From an uncultured Rikenellaceae bacterium (lineage in GTDB: Bacteria > Bacteroidota > Bacteroidia > Bacteroidales > VadinHA17), in contig CAYQRF010000001.1 of assembly GCA_964419775.1 (NCBI GenBank), positions 3,985-67,984 of the forward strand: 64,000 bases of DNA, in the 5' to 3' direction. Shown here piece after piece: positions 20,628 to 29,052 of this stretch. The notes beneath the pieces are model-generated. The model worked only from the letters and a program-made list of their open reading frames with translations, was not told the origin of the DNA and ran no database searches. Position 1 is the first letter of the stretch, and each line of letters begins with the position of its first letter. Made by a program: the position numbers and the translations under genes.

Positions 20628-21264
20628 GTTACCCTCTTTGCCTTTGAAAACCAACGTTATGCTATCCAAAACACTAATAGATTTCGAAAAAGGGGACGGA
20701 CTTGTTCCGGCAATAATCCAGGACAACAATTCGCTTCAGGTGCTTATGGTCGGTTACATGAATGAAGAAGCTTATGATCAGACCGTCAGGGAAGGTAAGG
20801 TCACTTTCTTCAGCCGCAGTAAAAACCGGTTATGGACCAAAGGGGAGACATCAGGCAACTTCCTTATTGTTAAAGAAATAACAACAGACTGCGACAACGA
20901 CGCCCTGCTTGTAATGGTCGATCCGGCTGGGCCTGTCTGTCATACCGGACTCTTTTCGTGCTTTGGCGGTGAGGTTTCAAAAGGCTTTGTATACCGGCTC
21001 GAAGATATAATCAGCCAGCGGATTGACGGCAATACAGAAGGTTCATACACAAACAAACTCTTCAAAAAGGGAATAAACAAAGTAGCTCAGAAAGTAGGTG
21101 AAGAGGCAGTTGAACTGGTTATTGAAGCCAAGGATGACAATATCGACCTGTTCAAAAATGAAGCTGCGGATCTGTTATACCATTTTCTTATCCTTCTGAA
21201 AAAGAAGAATGTTGCATTTGAAGATGTAGAGGAAGTACTGAGAGAAAGACATAAGGGAAAGTAA
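20614..21264 (+). CDS. hisIE: bifunctional phosphoribosyl-AMP cyclohydrolase / phosphoribosyl-ATP pyrophosphatase
   Basis: DCDNDALL (HisI) and [12 protein letters not shown]...[13 protein letters not shown] (HisE). An alternative start at 20659 is possible. Confidence 0.88.
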   Translation: MSDIELPSLPLKTNVMLSKTLIDFEKGDGLVPAIIQDNNSLQVLMVGYMNEEAYDQTVREGKVTFFSRSKNRLWTKGETSGNFLIVKEITTDCDNDALLVMVDPAGPVCHTGLFSCFGGEVSKGFVYRLEDIISQRIDGNTEGSYTNKLFKKGINKVAQKVGEEAVELVIEAKDDNIDLFKNEAADLLYHFLILLKKKNVAFEDVEEVLRERHKGK

Positions 21265-21297
21265 GAGGCGTGAGGAATGAAGCATGAGGCATTTATT

Positions 21298-21567
21298 CCA
21301 GCATGAGATCCCTCGCCTCTGCATAGTTGGATAATTGTTTGTCCGCATTGAAAAGTTTTATAGGGTCAAACAAGGTTACCCGGGGAAGATCCGGCGAGGG
21401 ATGACAGGCATCAATTGGTTAGTTGGGGTGAGGCCGCGGCGAGATGCATAATTTCTGTTTAACACCGGAAGCCGTCTATCTCGCCGCGACCTCACCCCCC
21501 ATGATCATCCTGCACCATGTCATCCCGCATCCCGGTTTCTTACGGGATGCGGGATCTCATGAACTGG
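21298..21567. repeat. inverted-repeat-bounded hairpin-dense element (MITE-like or structured RNA)
   Basis: Ends CCAGCATGAGATCCC (21298-21312) and GGGATCTCATGAACTGG (21551-21567) pair 4+11 bp. Internal stems: 21425-21445/21478-21498 (20 of 21 bp), 21522-21534/21543-21555 (13 of 13 bp), 21308-21317/21393-21402 (10 bp). Confidence 0.6.
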
Positions 21568-21622
21568 CACTGTGTTCGTGGGAGCAGCTTTTTCTGTCCT
21601 GCGACATCAACCCCAGCCCCTC

Positions 21623-21678
21623 CTTCTTTCTTCTTTCTTCATTCTTCCGTCTTCGGTCTTCGGTCTTCCGTCTTAACT
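21623..21678 (+). repeat. 8 tandem heptamers CTTCNNT (cttcttt x2, cttcatt, cttccgt, cttcggt x2, cttccgt, cttaact)
   Basis: Read directly. Same CTTCCGT motif as 57214-57241 and the reverse complement of the GACGAAG-type units at 842-897. Confidence 0.9.
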
Positions 21679-21704
21679 TTTTTCAACATTTTCTTAATAT
21701 TTTA

Positions 21705-21734
21705 TTTGGAAATCAAAAATCTGTATTACTTTTG
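21705..21734 (+). promoter_or_regulatory. candidate promoter (-33 TTTG 21705-21708; -7 TACTTTTG 21727-21734)
   Basis: Same -7 box and same 18-nt spacing as the ilv promoter. Lies 20 nt upstream of the leader ATG. Confidence 0.55.
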
Positions 21735-21754
21735 TAAGCCAACAAAACGAAATA

Positions 21755-21820
21755 ATGAATATTGTATACAATTATATCGCCTCTTATTTTTACTTCTTTT
21801 TTTACTTTAAGAATAGATAA
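21755..21820 (+). CDS. Phe/Tyr-rich leader peptide MNIVYNYIASYFYFFFYFKNR
   Basis: 21-codon ATG ORF with 5 Phe and 5 Tyr, followed by a terminator and then pheA. Confidence 0.7.
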   Translation: MNIVYNYIASYFYFFFYFKNR

Positions 21821-21858
21821 GGGGATTTTTGTATACATAAAAGACAATATATGCAAGC

Positions 21859-21890
21859 AAGGGTCCCCACAAGGGACCCTTCCTGTTTTT
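21859..21890 (+). terminator. attenuator terminator upstream of pheA
   Basis: AAGGGTCCC-CACAA-GGGACCCTT forms a perfect 9 bp stem, then CCTGTTTTT. GGGGAT (21821-21826, right after the leader stop) can compete for GTCCCC. Confidence 0.75.
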
Positions 21891-21903
21891 AAAAAGGTTT
21901 GAT

Positions 21904-22734
21904 ATGAAAATTGCTATCCAGGGAGAAACGGGATGTTTCCACGAAGTTGCCGCCAGGCAGTATTTCAGCAGTGAGGAAGTCGAGATCGTTCCATGCTCTT
22001 CCTTTGACATGACACTTAATTCAGTAAAGGAAGGACGGGCAGGCCTTGCAATGATGGCAATCGAAAACGCCAGGTCGGGAAGCATCCTTTACAACTACAG
22101 CCTTATAAGGGAATCGGGACTCAGAATCCTGGGCGAACACAACCTGAGGATCGTTCAGAACCTGATGGCTTTACCCGGACAGTCAATGAAAGACATCAGG
22201 CAGATCAGGTCACACCCTATTGCCCTGGCCCAGTGCATGACATTTTTGAATCAGTACCCCGAAATAACCCTGGTTGAAACGGACGATACTGCTTCGAGTG
22301 CAAGGCAGATTGCTGAAAACCGGATTAAAAAGATAGCAGCGATTGCATCCAGAAATGCGGCTGAAATTTACGGACTGGATATTATTGCCGAAGGGATCGA
22401 GACATACAAGAAGAATTACACAAGGTTCCTGGTTATCGGCAGCGAGGACAAGGGAAGCAGCAGGGGAAACAAGGTGTCAATCTGCTTCGCCACCGGTCAC
22501 AAACCCGGATCACTTGCATCGGTCCTGGTAAAACTGGCCGCGATGAATATCAACCTCTCAAAGATCCAGTCGGTACCGCGACTGAATGGTGACTGGGAAT
22601 ACATGTTCTACCTCGATCTCGAACTGCCTGCAGACTCAGACACAGATGCTATAGTTGCAAGCCTGGATGAATTTACCAGCAATCTGGAAGTACTTGGAAT
22701 TTACAACAAAGGAGAAATGCTATATGAAAGTTAA
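21904..22734 (+). CDS. pheA: prephenate dehydratase
   Basis: PDT domain with the TRF motif (KNYTRFLVIG) plus a C-terminal ACT-like domain. Confidence 0.88.
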   Translation: MKIAIQGETGCFHEVAARQYFSSEEVEIVPCSSFDMTLNSVKEGRAGLAMMAIENARSGSILYNYSLIRESGLRILGEHNLRIVQNLMALPGQSMKDIRQIRSHPIALAQCMTFLNQYPEITLVETDDTASSARQIAENRIKKIAAIASRNAAEIYGLDIIAEGIETYKKNYTRFLVIGSEDKGSSRGNKVSICFATGHKPGSLASVLVKLAAMNINLSKIQSVPRLNGDWEYMFYLDLELPADSDTDAIVASLDEFTSNLEVLGIYNKGEMLYES

Positions 22735-23887
22735 ACCGGCGGAGCGGACCAACAGTGTCCAGGAATATTATTTTTCGAGGAAACTGAGGCAGATCGACGA
22801 GATGCGAACTGCCGGAGCCGATGTTATCAACCTGGGGATCGGAAGCCCCGACCAGCCGCCCTCGGAGAATACAGTGGCAAGGCTCTCCGAAGAGGCACGG
22901 AAACCTACTGTTCACGGATACCAGAGCTACAGCGGTAGTCCTGTGCTGAGAAAAGCCTTCGCTGAATGGTACAAAAAATACTTCGGGGTGAGTCTTGATC
23001 CCGCCTCGGAAATTCTCCCGCTTATGGGGAGCAAGGAAGGGATAATGCACATAAGTATGGCTTTTGTCAATCCGGGCGACGAGGTGCTTGTCCCCGATCC
23101 CGGATACCCTACCTACTCCTCGGTTACGAGCCTGACAGGCGGAAAGATCAGGACATACCCTCTTGATGAGAGAAAGGGCTGGCAGCCCGACCTGGATTCT
23201 CTTGAAAAGGAAGATCTTGGCAGGGTGAAGCTCATGTGGACCAACTACCCGAACATGCCCACCGGAGCAAAGGGATCTGCAGCTCTTTTCGGCAGACTGG
23301 TTTCTTTTGCCCTCGAACGCAACATCCTTCTGATAAACGACAATCCTTACAGTTTTATACTCAACAACGAATACCTCAGCCTGCTTTCGGTAAAAGGAGC
23401 AATGGAAACAGCACTGGAACTGAATTCCCTCAGCAAGTCGCACAACATGGCAGGATGGAGGATAGGAATGGTTGCCGGGAACAGTGAGTACATCAAAACA
23501 ATACTTAAGGTGAAGAGCAATATGGATTCAGGAATGTTCCTGCCCATGCAGCTGGCAGCAGCCGAGGCCCTTCTGAATCCTGAATCATGGTACGACAAGG
23601 TCAACCTTACCTACAGGGAAAGACGCAGGACCGCCGAGTCGATAATGGAGCTGCTGGATTGCAGATTCAACCCTGAGCAGACAGGTCTGTTTCTCTGGGG
23701 CCGAATCCCTGAAAATATCTTAAGCTGTGAAGCATTTGTCGAGACAATCCTCCAGGAAGCCAATGTCTTCCTCACTCCCGGATTCATCTTCGGAAGCCGT
23801 GGCGAAAGGTACGTCAGGATATCGCTGTGCGCCACTGAGGAAAGACTTGAGGAAGCAAGACAAAGAATTGAAAAGTTGAAATTGTAG
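22724..23887 (+). CDS. class I/II PLP aminotransferase (probable aromatic/prephenate aminotransferase)
   Basis: SKSHNMAGWRIG PLP-lysine motif. ATG 22724 (MKVKPAERTNSVQEYYF) is preferred over the 22655 extension that runs inside pheA. Confidence 0.8.
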   Translation: MKVKPAERTNSVQEYYFSRKLRQIDEMRTAGADVINLGIGSPDQPPSENTVARLSEEARKPTVHGYQSYSGSPVLRKAFAEWYKKYFGVSLDPASEILPLMGSKEGIMHISMAFVNPGDEVLVPDPGYPTYSSVTSLTGGKIRTYPLDERKGWQPDLDSLEKEDLGRVKLMWTNYPNMPTGAKGSAALFGRLVSFALERNILLINDNPYSFILNNEYLSLLSVKGAMETALELNSLSKSHNMAGWRIGMVAGNSEYIKTILKVKSNMDSGMFLPMQLAAAEALLNPESWYDKVNLTYRERRRTAESIMELLDCRFNPEQTGLFLWGRIPENILSCEAFVETILQEANVFLTPGFIFGSRGERYVRISLCATEERLEEARQRIEKLKL

Positions 23888-23943
23888 AAATATGAAAATT
23901 TACGTCACTCCTGCTCCGTAACCAGGCATCAGCTTTCTCACCA

Positions 23944-23992
23944 ATCACAAATTAAAAATCAAAAATCACAAATCTCGAATCACAAATCACCA
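23944..23992 (+). repeat. 7 tandem heptamers of ATCACAA type ending 2 nt before the tyrA ATG
   Basis: atcacaa attaaaa atcaaaa atcacaa atctcga atcacaa atcacca + aa + ATG(23995). Confidence 0.9.
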
Positions 23993-23994
23993 AA

Positions 23995-24840
23995 ATGACA
24001 ATTACAATAGTTGGAATCGGGCTCATAGGCGGTTCGCTGATGATCGACCTCAGAAAAAGAGGCTTTGCAGACAGGATAATAGGTGTTGAATCAAATCTCC
24101 AGCACAGCAACATAGCCCTGTTGTGCGGATTGGTGGATGAAACCGATTCGCTCGAAAATGCGGTTGACAGGAGTGATCTGATCATAATAAGCACCCCTGT
24201 AGACACCATTTGGAGAATGCTTCCCGGAGTACTTGACAGGATAAAAGGGACCTCAAAAGTAGTAACCGACATGGGGTCGACAAAGGGCAAGATAGGCAGA
24301 GTGGTAAGGGATCACCCCGGCAGAGGCCGTTATGTAGCTCTTCATCCAATGGCCGGAACGGAATTTTCGGGACCTCTCGCAGCCATTGGAAAGCTTTTCG
24401 ATTACAAGAATGCCATTATTTGCGACCGCGAACTCAGCGATAAGGATGCCCTCGATCTGGCCGAGAAGATGCTCGACGTCCTGAACATGAACAAGGTCAA
24501 TATGAACTCACGCGATCATGACGTTCATGTTGCATATGTTTCACACATATCCCACATTACATCTTTTTCGCTTGCCCTGAGTGTACTCGACAAGGAAAAA
24601 GAAGAGAAGAACATAACAACTCTGGCCAGCGGAGGTTTTGACAGCACTGTCAGACTTGCAAAAAGCAATGCCGATACCTGGGCCCCAATCTTTCTCGAGA
24701 ATTCAAAATCAATAATAGCGGTTATCGACAACTATATTGAAAAGATGAACCTTTTCAGGAAACTTATTTCTGAGAATGACAAGGAAGGTCTCAAGGGACT
24801 TATGGAAGAAGCAAACAAAATAAAGAGAATATTACATTAA
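23995..24840 (+). CDS. tyrA: prephenate dehydrogenase
   Basis: Rossmann motif IVGIGLIGGS, HPMAG motif and operon context. Confidence 0.88.
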   Translation: MTITIVGIGLIGGSLMIDLRKRGFADRIIGVESNLQHSNIALLCGLVDETDSLENAVDRSDLIIISTPVDTIWRMLPGVLDRIKGTSKVVTDMGSTKGKIGRVVRDHPGRGRYVALHPMAGTEFSGPLAAIGKLFDYKNAIICDRELSDKDALDLAEKMLDVLNMNKVNMNSRDHDVHVAYVSHISHITSFSLALSVLDKEKEEKNITTLASGGFDSTVRLAKSNADTWAPIFLENSKSIIAVIDNYIEKMNLFRKLISENDKEGLKGLMEEANKIKRILH

Positions 24841-24851
24841 TACATATTACC

Positions 24852-25967
24852 ATGGTACTTGAACTGAAGAAATTTCTGGCAAATGACTGGAGAGGTTACA
24901 AGGGAAGGCCTTTCCTCATCTCGGGTCCCTGCAGCGCTGAAAGCGAAGAACAGGTAATGGCTACTGCCGCCGAACTTGCAAAAATACCCGAAGTGAGCGT
25001 ATTCCGTGCTGGAATATGGAAACCCAGAACCCGTCCCAACTCCTTCGAGGGGGTCGGTTCGGAAGGACTCAAGTGGCTGAGGACCGTTAAGCAGGAGACC
25101 GGACTGATGGTAGGGACGGAGGTTGCGAATGAGAAACATGTATATGAGGCGCTGAAATATGGCATTGATCTTCTCTGGATAGGAGCCCGGACCTCGGTAA
25201 ATCCTTTCACCGTCCAGGAAATCTCTGATGCATTGAAGGGGGTCGACGTGATGGTGCTGGTAAAGAATCCGATAAACCCCGACCTTGAATTATGGATAGG
25301 TGCCATTGAAAGAATTGCCAGGGCAGGGATTACAAAAATCGGAGCCATCCACCGAGGATTTTCAACCTACGAAAAGACAATCTACAGAAATCAGCCGAAC
25401 TGGCAGCTGCCCATCGAGCTCCGCCGCAGGATCCCCGATCTCCCGATCATCTGTGATCCCAGTCATATTTCCGGTACAAGGGAGTACCTCTTTGAACTGT
25501 CGCAGAAAGCCATGGATCTGAACTTCGACGGGCTGATGCTCGAGTCGCATGCAGATCCCGACCATGCCCTCAGCGATGCCGCCCAGCAGGTCACCCCGGG
25601 CGAACTGAAGGAGCTTCTCAGCAGACTGATACTCAGGAGTCCTGTTGCCTCAGATCCTAAACTGCTCGACATCCTGGGCGAACTCAGGCAGCAGATAGAC
25701 GTTTTCGATGATGCCCTTCTTGATATCCTTGAAAAGAGAATGAAGGTAGCTGAAACCATCGGACAGTATAAAAAGGACAATAATATTACTATCTTGCAGC
25801 CTACGCGCTGGGATGAGATTATACGTAAAGTGGTGGTCCACGGCCAGGTCAAGGGACTGAGCGGGGAAATGATCGACACCATCTTCAAGGCCATTCATCA
25901 GGAATCGATTAACCACCAGATGAGGATCATGAATAACGGAATCGAAAAACCTGCCGGAAACACCTAA
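24852..25967 (+). CDS. bifunctional 3-deoxy-7-phosphoheptulonate synthase / chorismate mutase type II
   Basis: KDO8PS-like DAHPS motifs (IWKPRTRP, ICDPSHISG) plus a C-terminal CM_2-like helix region (LLDILEKRMKVAETIGQYK). Confidence 0.85.
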   Translation: MVLELKKFLANDWRGYKGRPFLISGPCSAESEEQVMATAAELAKIPEVSVFRAGIWKPRTRPNSFEGVGSEGLKWLRTVKQETGLMVGTEVANEKHVYEALKYGIDLLWIGARTSVNPFTVQEISDALKGVDVMVLVKNPINPDLELWIGAIERIARAGITKIGAIHRGFSTYEKTIYRNQPNWQLPIELRRRIPDLPIICDPSHISGTREYLFELSQKAMDLNFDGLMLESHADPDHALSDAAQQVTPGELKELLSRLILRSPVASDPKLLDILGELRQQIDVFDDALLDILEKRMKVAETIGQYKKDNNITILQPTRWDEIIRKVVVHGQVKGLSGEMIDTIFKAIHQESINHQMRIMNNGIEKPAGNT

Positions 25968-25981
25968 GAAACCTCTTTTTC

Positions 25982-27232
25982 ATGGAAAGATCCGTTGAGC
26001 CCTCTTTTTTAGCAGGCGAAGTCAAAGCTCCGCCATCGAAAAGCATGACGCAGAGGGCAATTGCCGCTGCAATCCTGGCCGAAGGCGAAAGCCTTATTGT
26101 TAACCCTTCATACTGCGATGATTCTCTTGCCGCCATGAGCATCGCGGTAAGTCTTGGCTCAAGAGTGGAACCCGGACCTGACTCAATGAGGATCACAGGT
26201 TCGAGGGAACTGAAGGAAACAAAACTTAACTGCGGTGAATCGGGGCTTGCCATAAGGCTCTTTTCTCCCGTAGCCTCCCTTTTTGATGCTGAAATTACTG
26301 TAACCGGAGCCGGCTCACTGAAAAGAAGGCCGATGACCATGATAGAGGAAGCCCTCAGGCAGTTTGGAGTGGAATGCTCCACAACTGATGGTCTGCTTCC
26401 TTTGACTATCAGAGGTCCGCTCAGGGGCGGAGAATGTGACATTGACGGGTCTGTAAGTTCTCAGCTTCTCACCGGACTGCTTATGTCACTGCCGGTTGCA
26501 GAAAGAGACTCTGTTGTCAGGGTAAGAAATCTCAGAAGCAAACCCTATATCGATATGACGCTACAGGTACTGAGGGATTTCGGGATTGAGGTTTCAAATG
26601 AAAACTTCGAACTGTTCAGGATTCCCGGACGGCAGAAATATGTTGCCCGTACCTGGGAGGTTGAAAGTGACTGGAGCGGAGGGGCATTTCTGCTCATTGC
26701 CGGAGCCATAAATGGAAATATTAAGGTGAGCGGGCTGCGGATCGGAAGTTACCAGAGCGATGCAGCAGTCTTAAATGTCCTCCAGGATGCCGGGGCAGCC
26801 ATGAAAATAACAGGCGATACTGTTGAGATATCAAAATCAGATCTGAAAGCTTTTGAGTTTGACGCCACTGAAGCGCCTGATCTCTTTCCTCCTCTTGTAG
26901 CCCTGGCAGCTTATTGCAAGGGAACATCCACCATCAGGGGAGCATCGAGACTGATTCATAAGGAGAGCAACAGAGCTGCCGCCCTTATCAGCGAGTTTGA
27001 AAAAATGGGAATCCGGGTCGAAGCCATTGACGACAGTCTGGTCGTCACGGGAGGCAAAGTAATCGGAGCAAGAGTGAATTCTCATGAAGACCATCGAATT
27101 GCAATGGCCGCCGCCGTGGCAGCGCTTGGAGCCTCAGGAACAGTACATATCAAGGACTCCCACTGCGTGGGGAAATCCTATCCGCTGTTTTTCGATGATC
27201 TGAGGAATGCCGGAGCTGTGATACTTGAATAA
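25982..27232 (+). CDS. aroA: 3-phosphoshikimate 1-carboxyvinyltransferase (EPSP synthase)
   Basis: VKAPPSKSMTQRA and HEDHRIAMAAAV motifs, 416 aa. Confidence 0.9.
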   Translation: MERSVEPSFLAGEVKAPPSKSMTQRAIAAAILAEGESLIVNPSYCDDSLAAMSIAVSLGSRVEPGPDSMRITGSRELKETKLNCGESGLAIRLFSPVASLFDAEITVTGAGSLKRRPMTMIEEALRQFGVECSTTDGLLPLTIRGPLRGGECDIDGSVSSQLLTGLLMSLPVAERDSVVRVRNLRSKPYIDMTLQVLRDFGIEVSNENFELFRIPGRQKYVARTWEVESDWSGGAFLLIAGAINGNIKVSGLRIGSYQSDAAVLNVLQDAGAAMKITGDTVEISKSDLKAFEFDATEAPDLFPPLVALAAYCKGTSTIRGASRLIHKESNRAAALISEFEKMGIRVEAIDDSLVVTGGKVIGARVNSHEDHRIAMAAAVAALGASGTVHIKDSHCVGKSYPLFFDDLRNAGAVILE

Positions 27233-27386
27233 TCATGCGAATTTTTATCGTAAAACAATAAGCAGCATTACCTTAGTCGATAAAAAATTTACCTGAAACG
27301 ATAATATTTTAAGGACATTGTCCGGTATTGACAATCAATAAGCTAAAAAGGGGAAATAATAACAGATCACAAATTTTTTATGCTTT

Positions 27387-27419
27387 TTTGTTGCAGAATT
27401 AAATTTTTGTTTATTTTTG
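27387..27419 (+). promoter_or_regulatory. candidate promoter (-33 TTTG 27387-27390; -7 TATTTTTG 27412-27419)
   Basis: Consensus boxes with 21-nt spacing. The -7 box ends only 5 nt before the leader ATG, so the leader would be (near-)leaderless or this promoter call is wrong. Confidence 0.35.
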
Positions 27420-27424
27420 ACCCG

Positions 27425-27475
27425 ATGAAAATTAGTGCATTATATATCTGGTCCTGGCGCAGCTCGAATAATTAA
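27425..27475 (+). CDS. Trp-containing leader peptide MKISALYIWSWRSSNN
   Basis: 16-codon ORF with two TGG codons (W-S-W), 43 nt before a strong terminator and upstream of a TrpB-family gene. Confidence 0.55.
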   Translation: MKISALYIWSWRSSNN

Positions 27476-27518
27476 GCTGTGAATAAGGCCGTTATATAAT
27501 CCATAGGATATACTTAGT

Positions 27519-27553
27519 AAAGGCATGCTGTTCACAGCATGCCTTTTTTGTTT
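27519..27553 (+). terminator. attenuator terminator upstream of trpB2
   Basis: AAAGGCATGCTG-TTCA-CAGCATGCCTTT forms a perfect 12 bp stem, then TTTGTTT. Confidence 0.85.
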
Positions 27554-27586
27554 GCAAATTCTAATAACCACTTAATAATTGAACCG

Positions 27587-28948
27587 ATGAAAAAAATTTC
27601 TAAAATCCTGCTAACCGACAAAGAAATGCCGCATCAATGGTATAACATCGCGGCCGACATGCCTAACAAACCCTTGCCGCCGCTTGATCCGAAAACCCGC
27701 CAGCCGATCGGTCCGGAAGCCCTGGCTGCTGTCTTCCCGATGGAACTTATAAAACAGGAAGTGTCAACCGAAAGGTACATCGACATTCCTGAAGAAGTAC
27801 TGGATCTTTACAGGACCTACCGTCCCTCTCCCCTGTTCCGTGCCCATAACCTCGAGAAGGCTCTTGGTACCAGGAGCAAGATCTACTACAAATACGAAGG
27901 GGGTAACTATTCCGGTTCACACAAGGCAAACACTGCAATTGCCCAGGCATACTATAACAAGAAAGAAGGGATTAAGAGGATCACCACCGAAACAGGAGCA
28001 GGACAGTGGGGATGCGCGATGAGTTTTGCGTGCAACCATTTCGGCCTTGAACTGCTGGTGTTCATGGTAAGGGTAAGTTTTGACCAGAAACCAGGCCGTA
28101 AGGTCATGATGAATTCATACAACGCCAAGGTCGTAGCTTCTCCCAGCACTCTTACCGAAGCAGGTAGAAAGGTTCTTGAGATGTACCCGGACTCACCCGG
28201 TAGTCTTGGCATAGCAATATCCGAAGCTATGGAGATTGCCGTACAGGATCCTTATACCAAGTATTCGCTTGGAAGCGTTCTGAACCATGTGATCCTTCAT
28301 CAGACCATTATCGGCCAGGAGGCCCTGGTCCAGATGTCAAAAACCGATGACTATCCCGATGTTGTCATAGGCTGTTTCGGAGGCGGATCCAACTTCTCCG
28401 GAATAGCTTTCCCCTTCCTGAGAGAGAACCTTGTCAACGGTAAAAAGACACGTCTTCTTGCAATTGAACCCTCATCGTGTCCGAAACTGACAAAGGGGAA
28501 ATTCATGTACGACTTCGGGGACTCAGCCGGATTTACTCCGCTGCTCCCGATGTATACCCTGGGGCACAACTACATCCCGGAAAAGATCCATGCAGGCGGT
28601 TTACGTTATCATGGTGCCGGAGTGCTGGTAAGCCAGCTTAAAAAAGACGGGCTGGTGGAGGCAAAGGCCAAAATGCAGAGGGAATGCTTTGAAGGTGCAA
28701 TTCTGTTTGCGAAAACCGAGGGTATTCTTCCGGCTCCTGAATCATCATATGCCATCGCCGGAGCGCTTGATGAAGCCCGAAAGGCAGATATTGAAGGCAC
28801 ACCAAAAACTATTTTATTCAACCTCAGCGGACATGGTCATTTTGATATTACCGCTTATCAGAAATATTACGAGAATAACCTTCCCGACCACGAACTGACG
28901 GATGAAGAAGTTGAGCAGGCGCTCTCACAGATTAATTTCCCTGACTGA
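27587..28948 (+). CDS. trpB: TrpB2-type tryptophan synthase beta-like PLP enzyme
   Basis: GSHKANTA PLP-lysine motif, GGGSNFSG, and a long N-terminus (LTDKEMPHQWYNIAADMP) typical of TrpB2. ATG 27587 is chosen because the ORF-track start 27539 lies inside the terminator. Confidence 0.85.
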   Translation: MKKISKILLTDKEMPHQWYNIAADMPNKPLPPLDPKTRQPIGPEALAAVFPMELIKQEVSTERYIDIPEEVLDLYRTYRPSPLFRAHNLEKALGTRSKIYYKYEGGNYSGSHKANTAIAQAYYNKKEGIKRITTETGAGQWGCAMSFACNHFGLELLVFMVRVSFDQKPGRKVMMNSYNAKVVASPSTLTEAGRKVLEMYPDSPGSLGIAISEAMEIAVQDPYTKYSLGSVLNHVILHQTIIGQEALVQMSKTDDYPDVVIGCFGGGSNFSGIAFPFLRENLVNGKKTRLLAIEPSSCPKLTKGKFMYDFGDSAGFTPLLPMYTLGHNYIPEKIHAGGLRYHGAGVLVSQLKKDGLVEAKAKMQRECFEGAILFAKTEGILPAPESSYAIAGALDEARKADIEGTPKTILFNLSGHGHFDITAYQKYYENNLPDHELTDEEVEQALSQINFPD

Positions 28949-28988
28949 TATACTGAGAGGTTAGATTGAATCTGAATAAAAACAGGAG

Positions 28989-29040
28989 TGACCGGTATAC
29001 TGCACTTAATAACTGCAGTATCCGGTCATTCCCTTTTTTG
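28989..29040. terminator. bidirectional terminator between convergent trpB2 and the NIPSNAP gene
   Basis: TGACCGG(T)ATACTGCA ... TGCAGTATCCGGTCA gives 7+8 bp stems. A T-run follows on + (CCCTTTTTTG) and on - (complement of CTGAATAAAAACA). Confidence 0.8.
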
Positions 29041-29052
29041 ATTAAATAAGCT

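Noticed and set aside
21444-21810. Two 97-aa plus-strand ORFs in the his-phe intergenic region
   Set aside because: They run through the palindromic element, the CTTCNNT array, the promoter and the leader region. Their low-complexity products have no family resemblance.
27539-27586. Longer N-terminus for TrpB2 (ORF-track start 27539, MPFLFANSNNHLIIEP...)
   Set aside because: That ATG lies within the right arm and T-run of the attenuator terminator. The family-typical N-terminus begins at ATG 27587.
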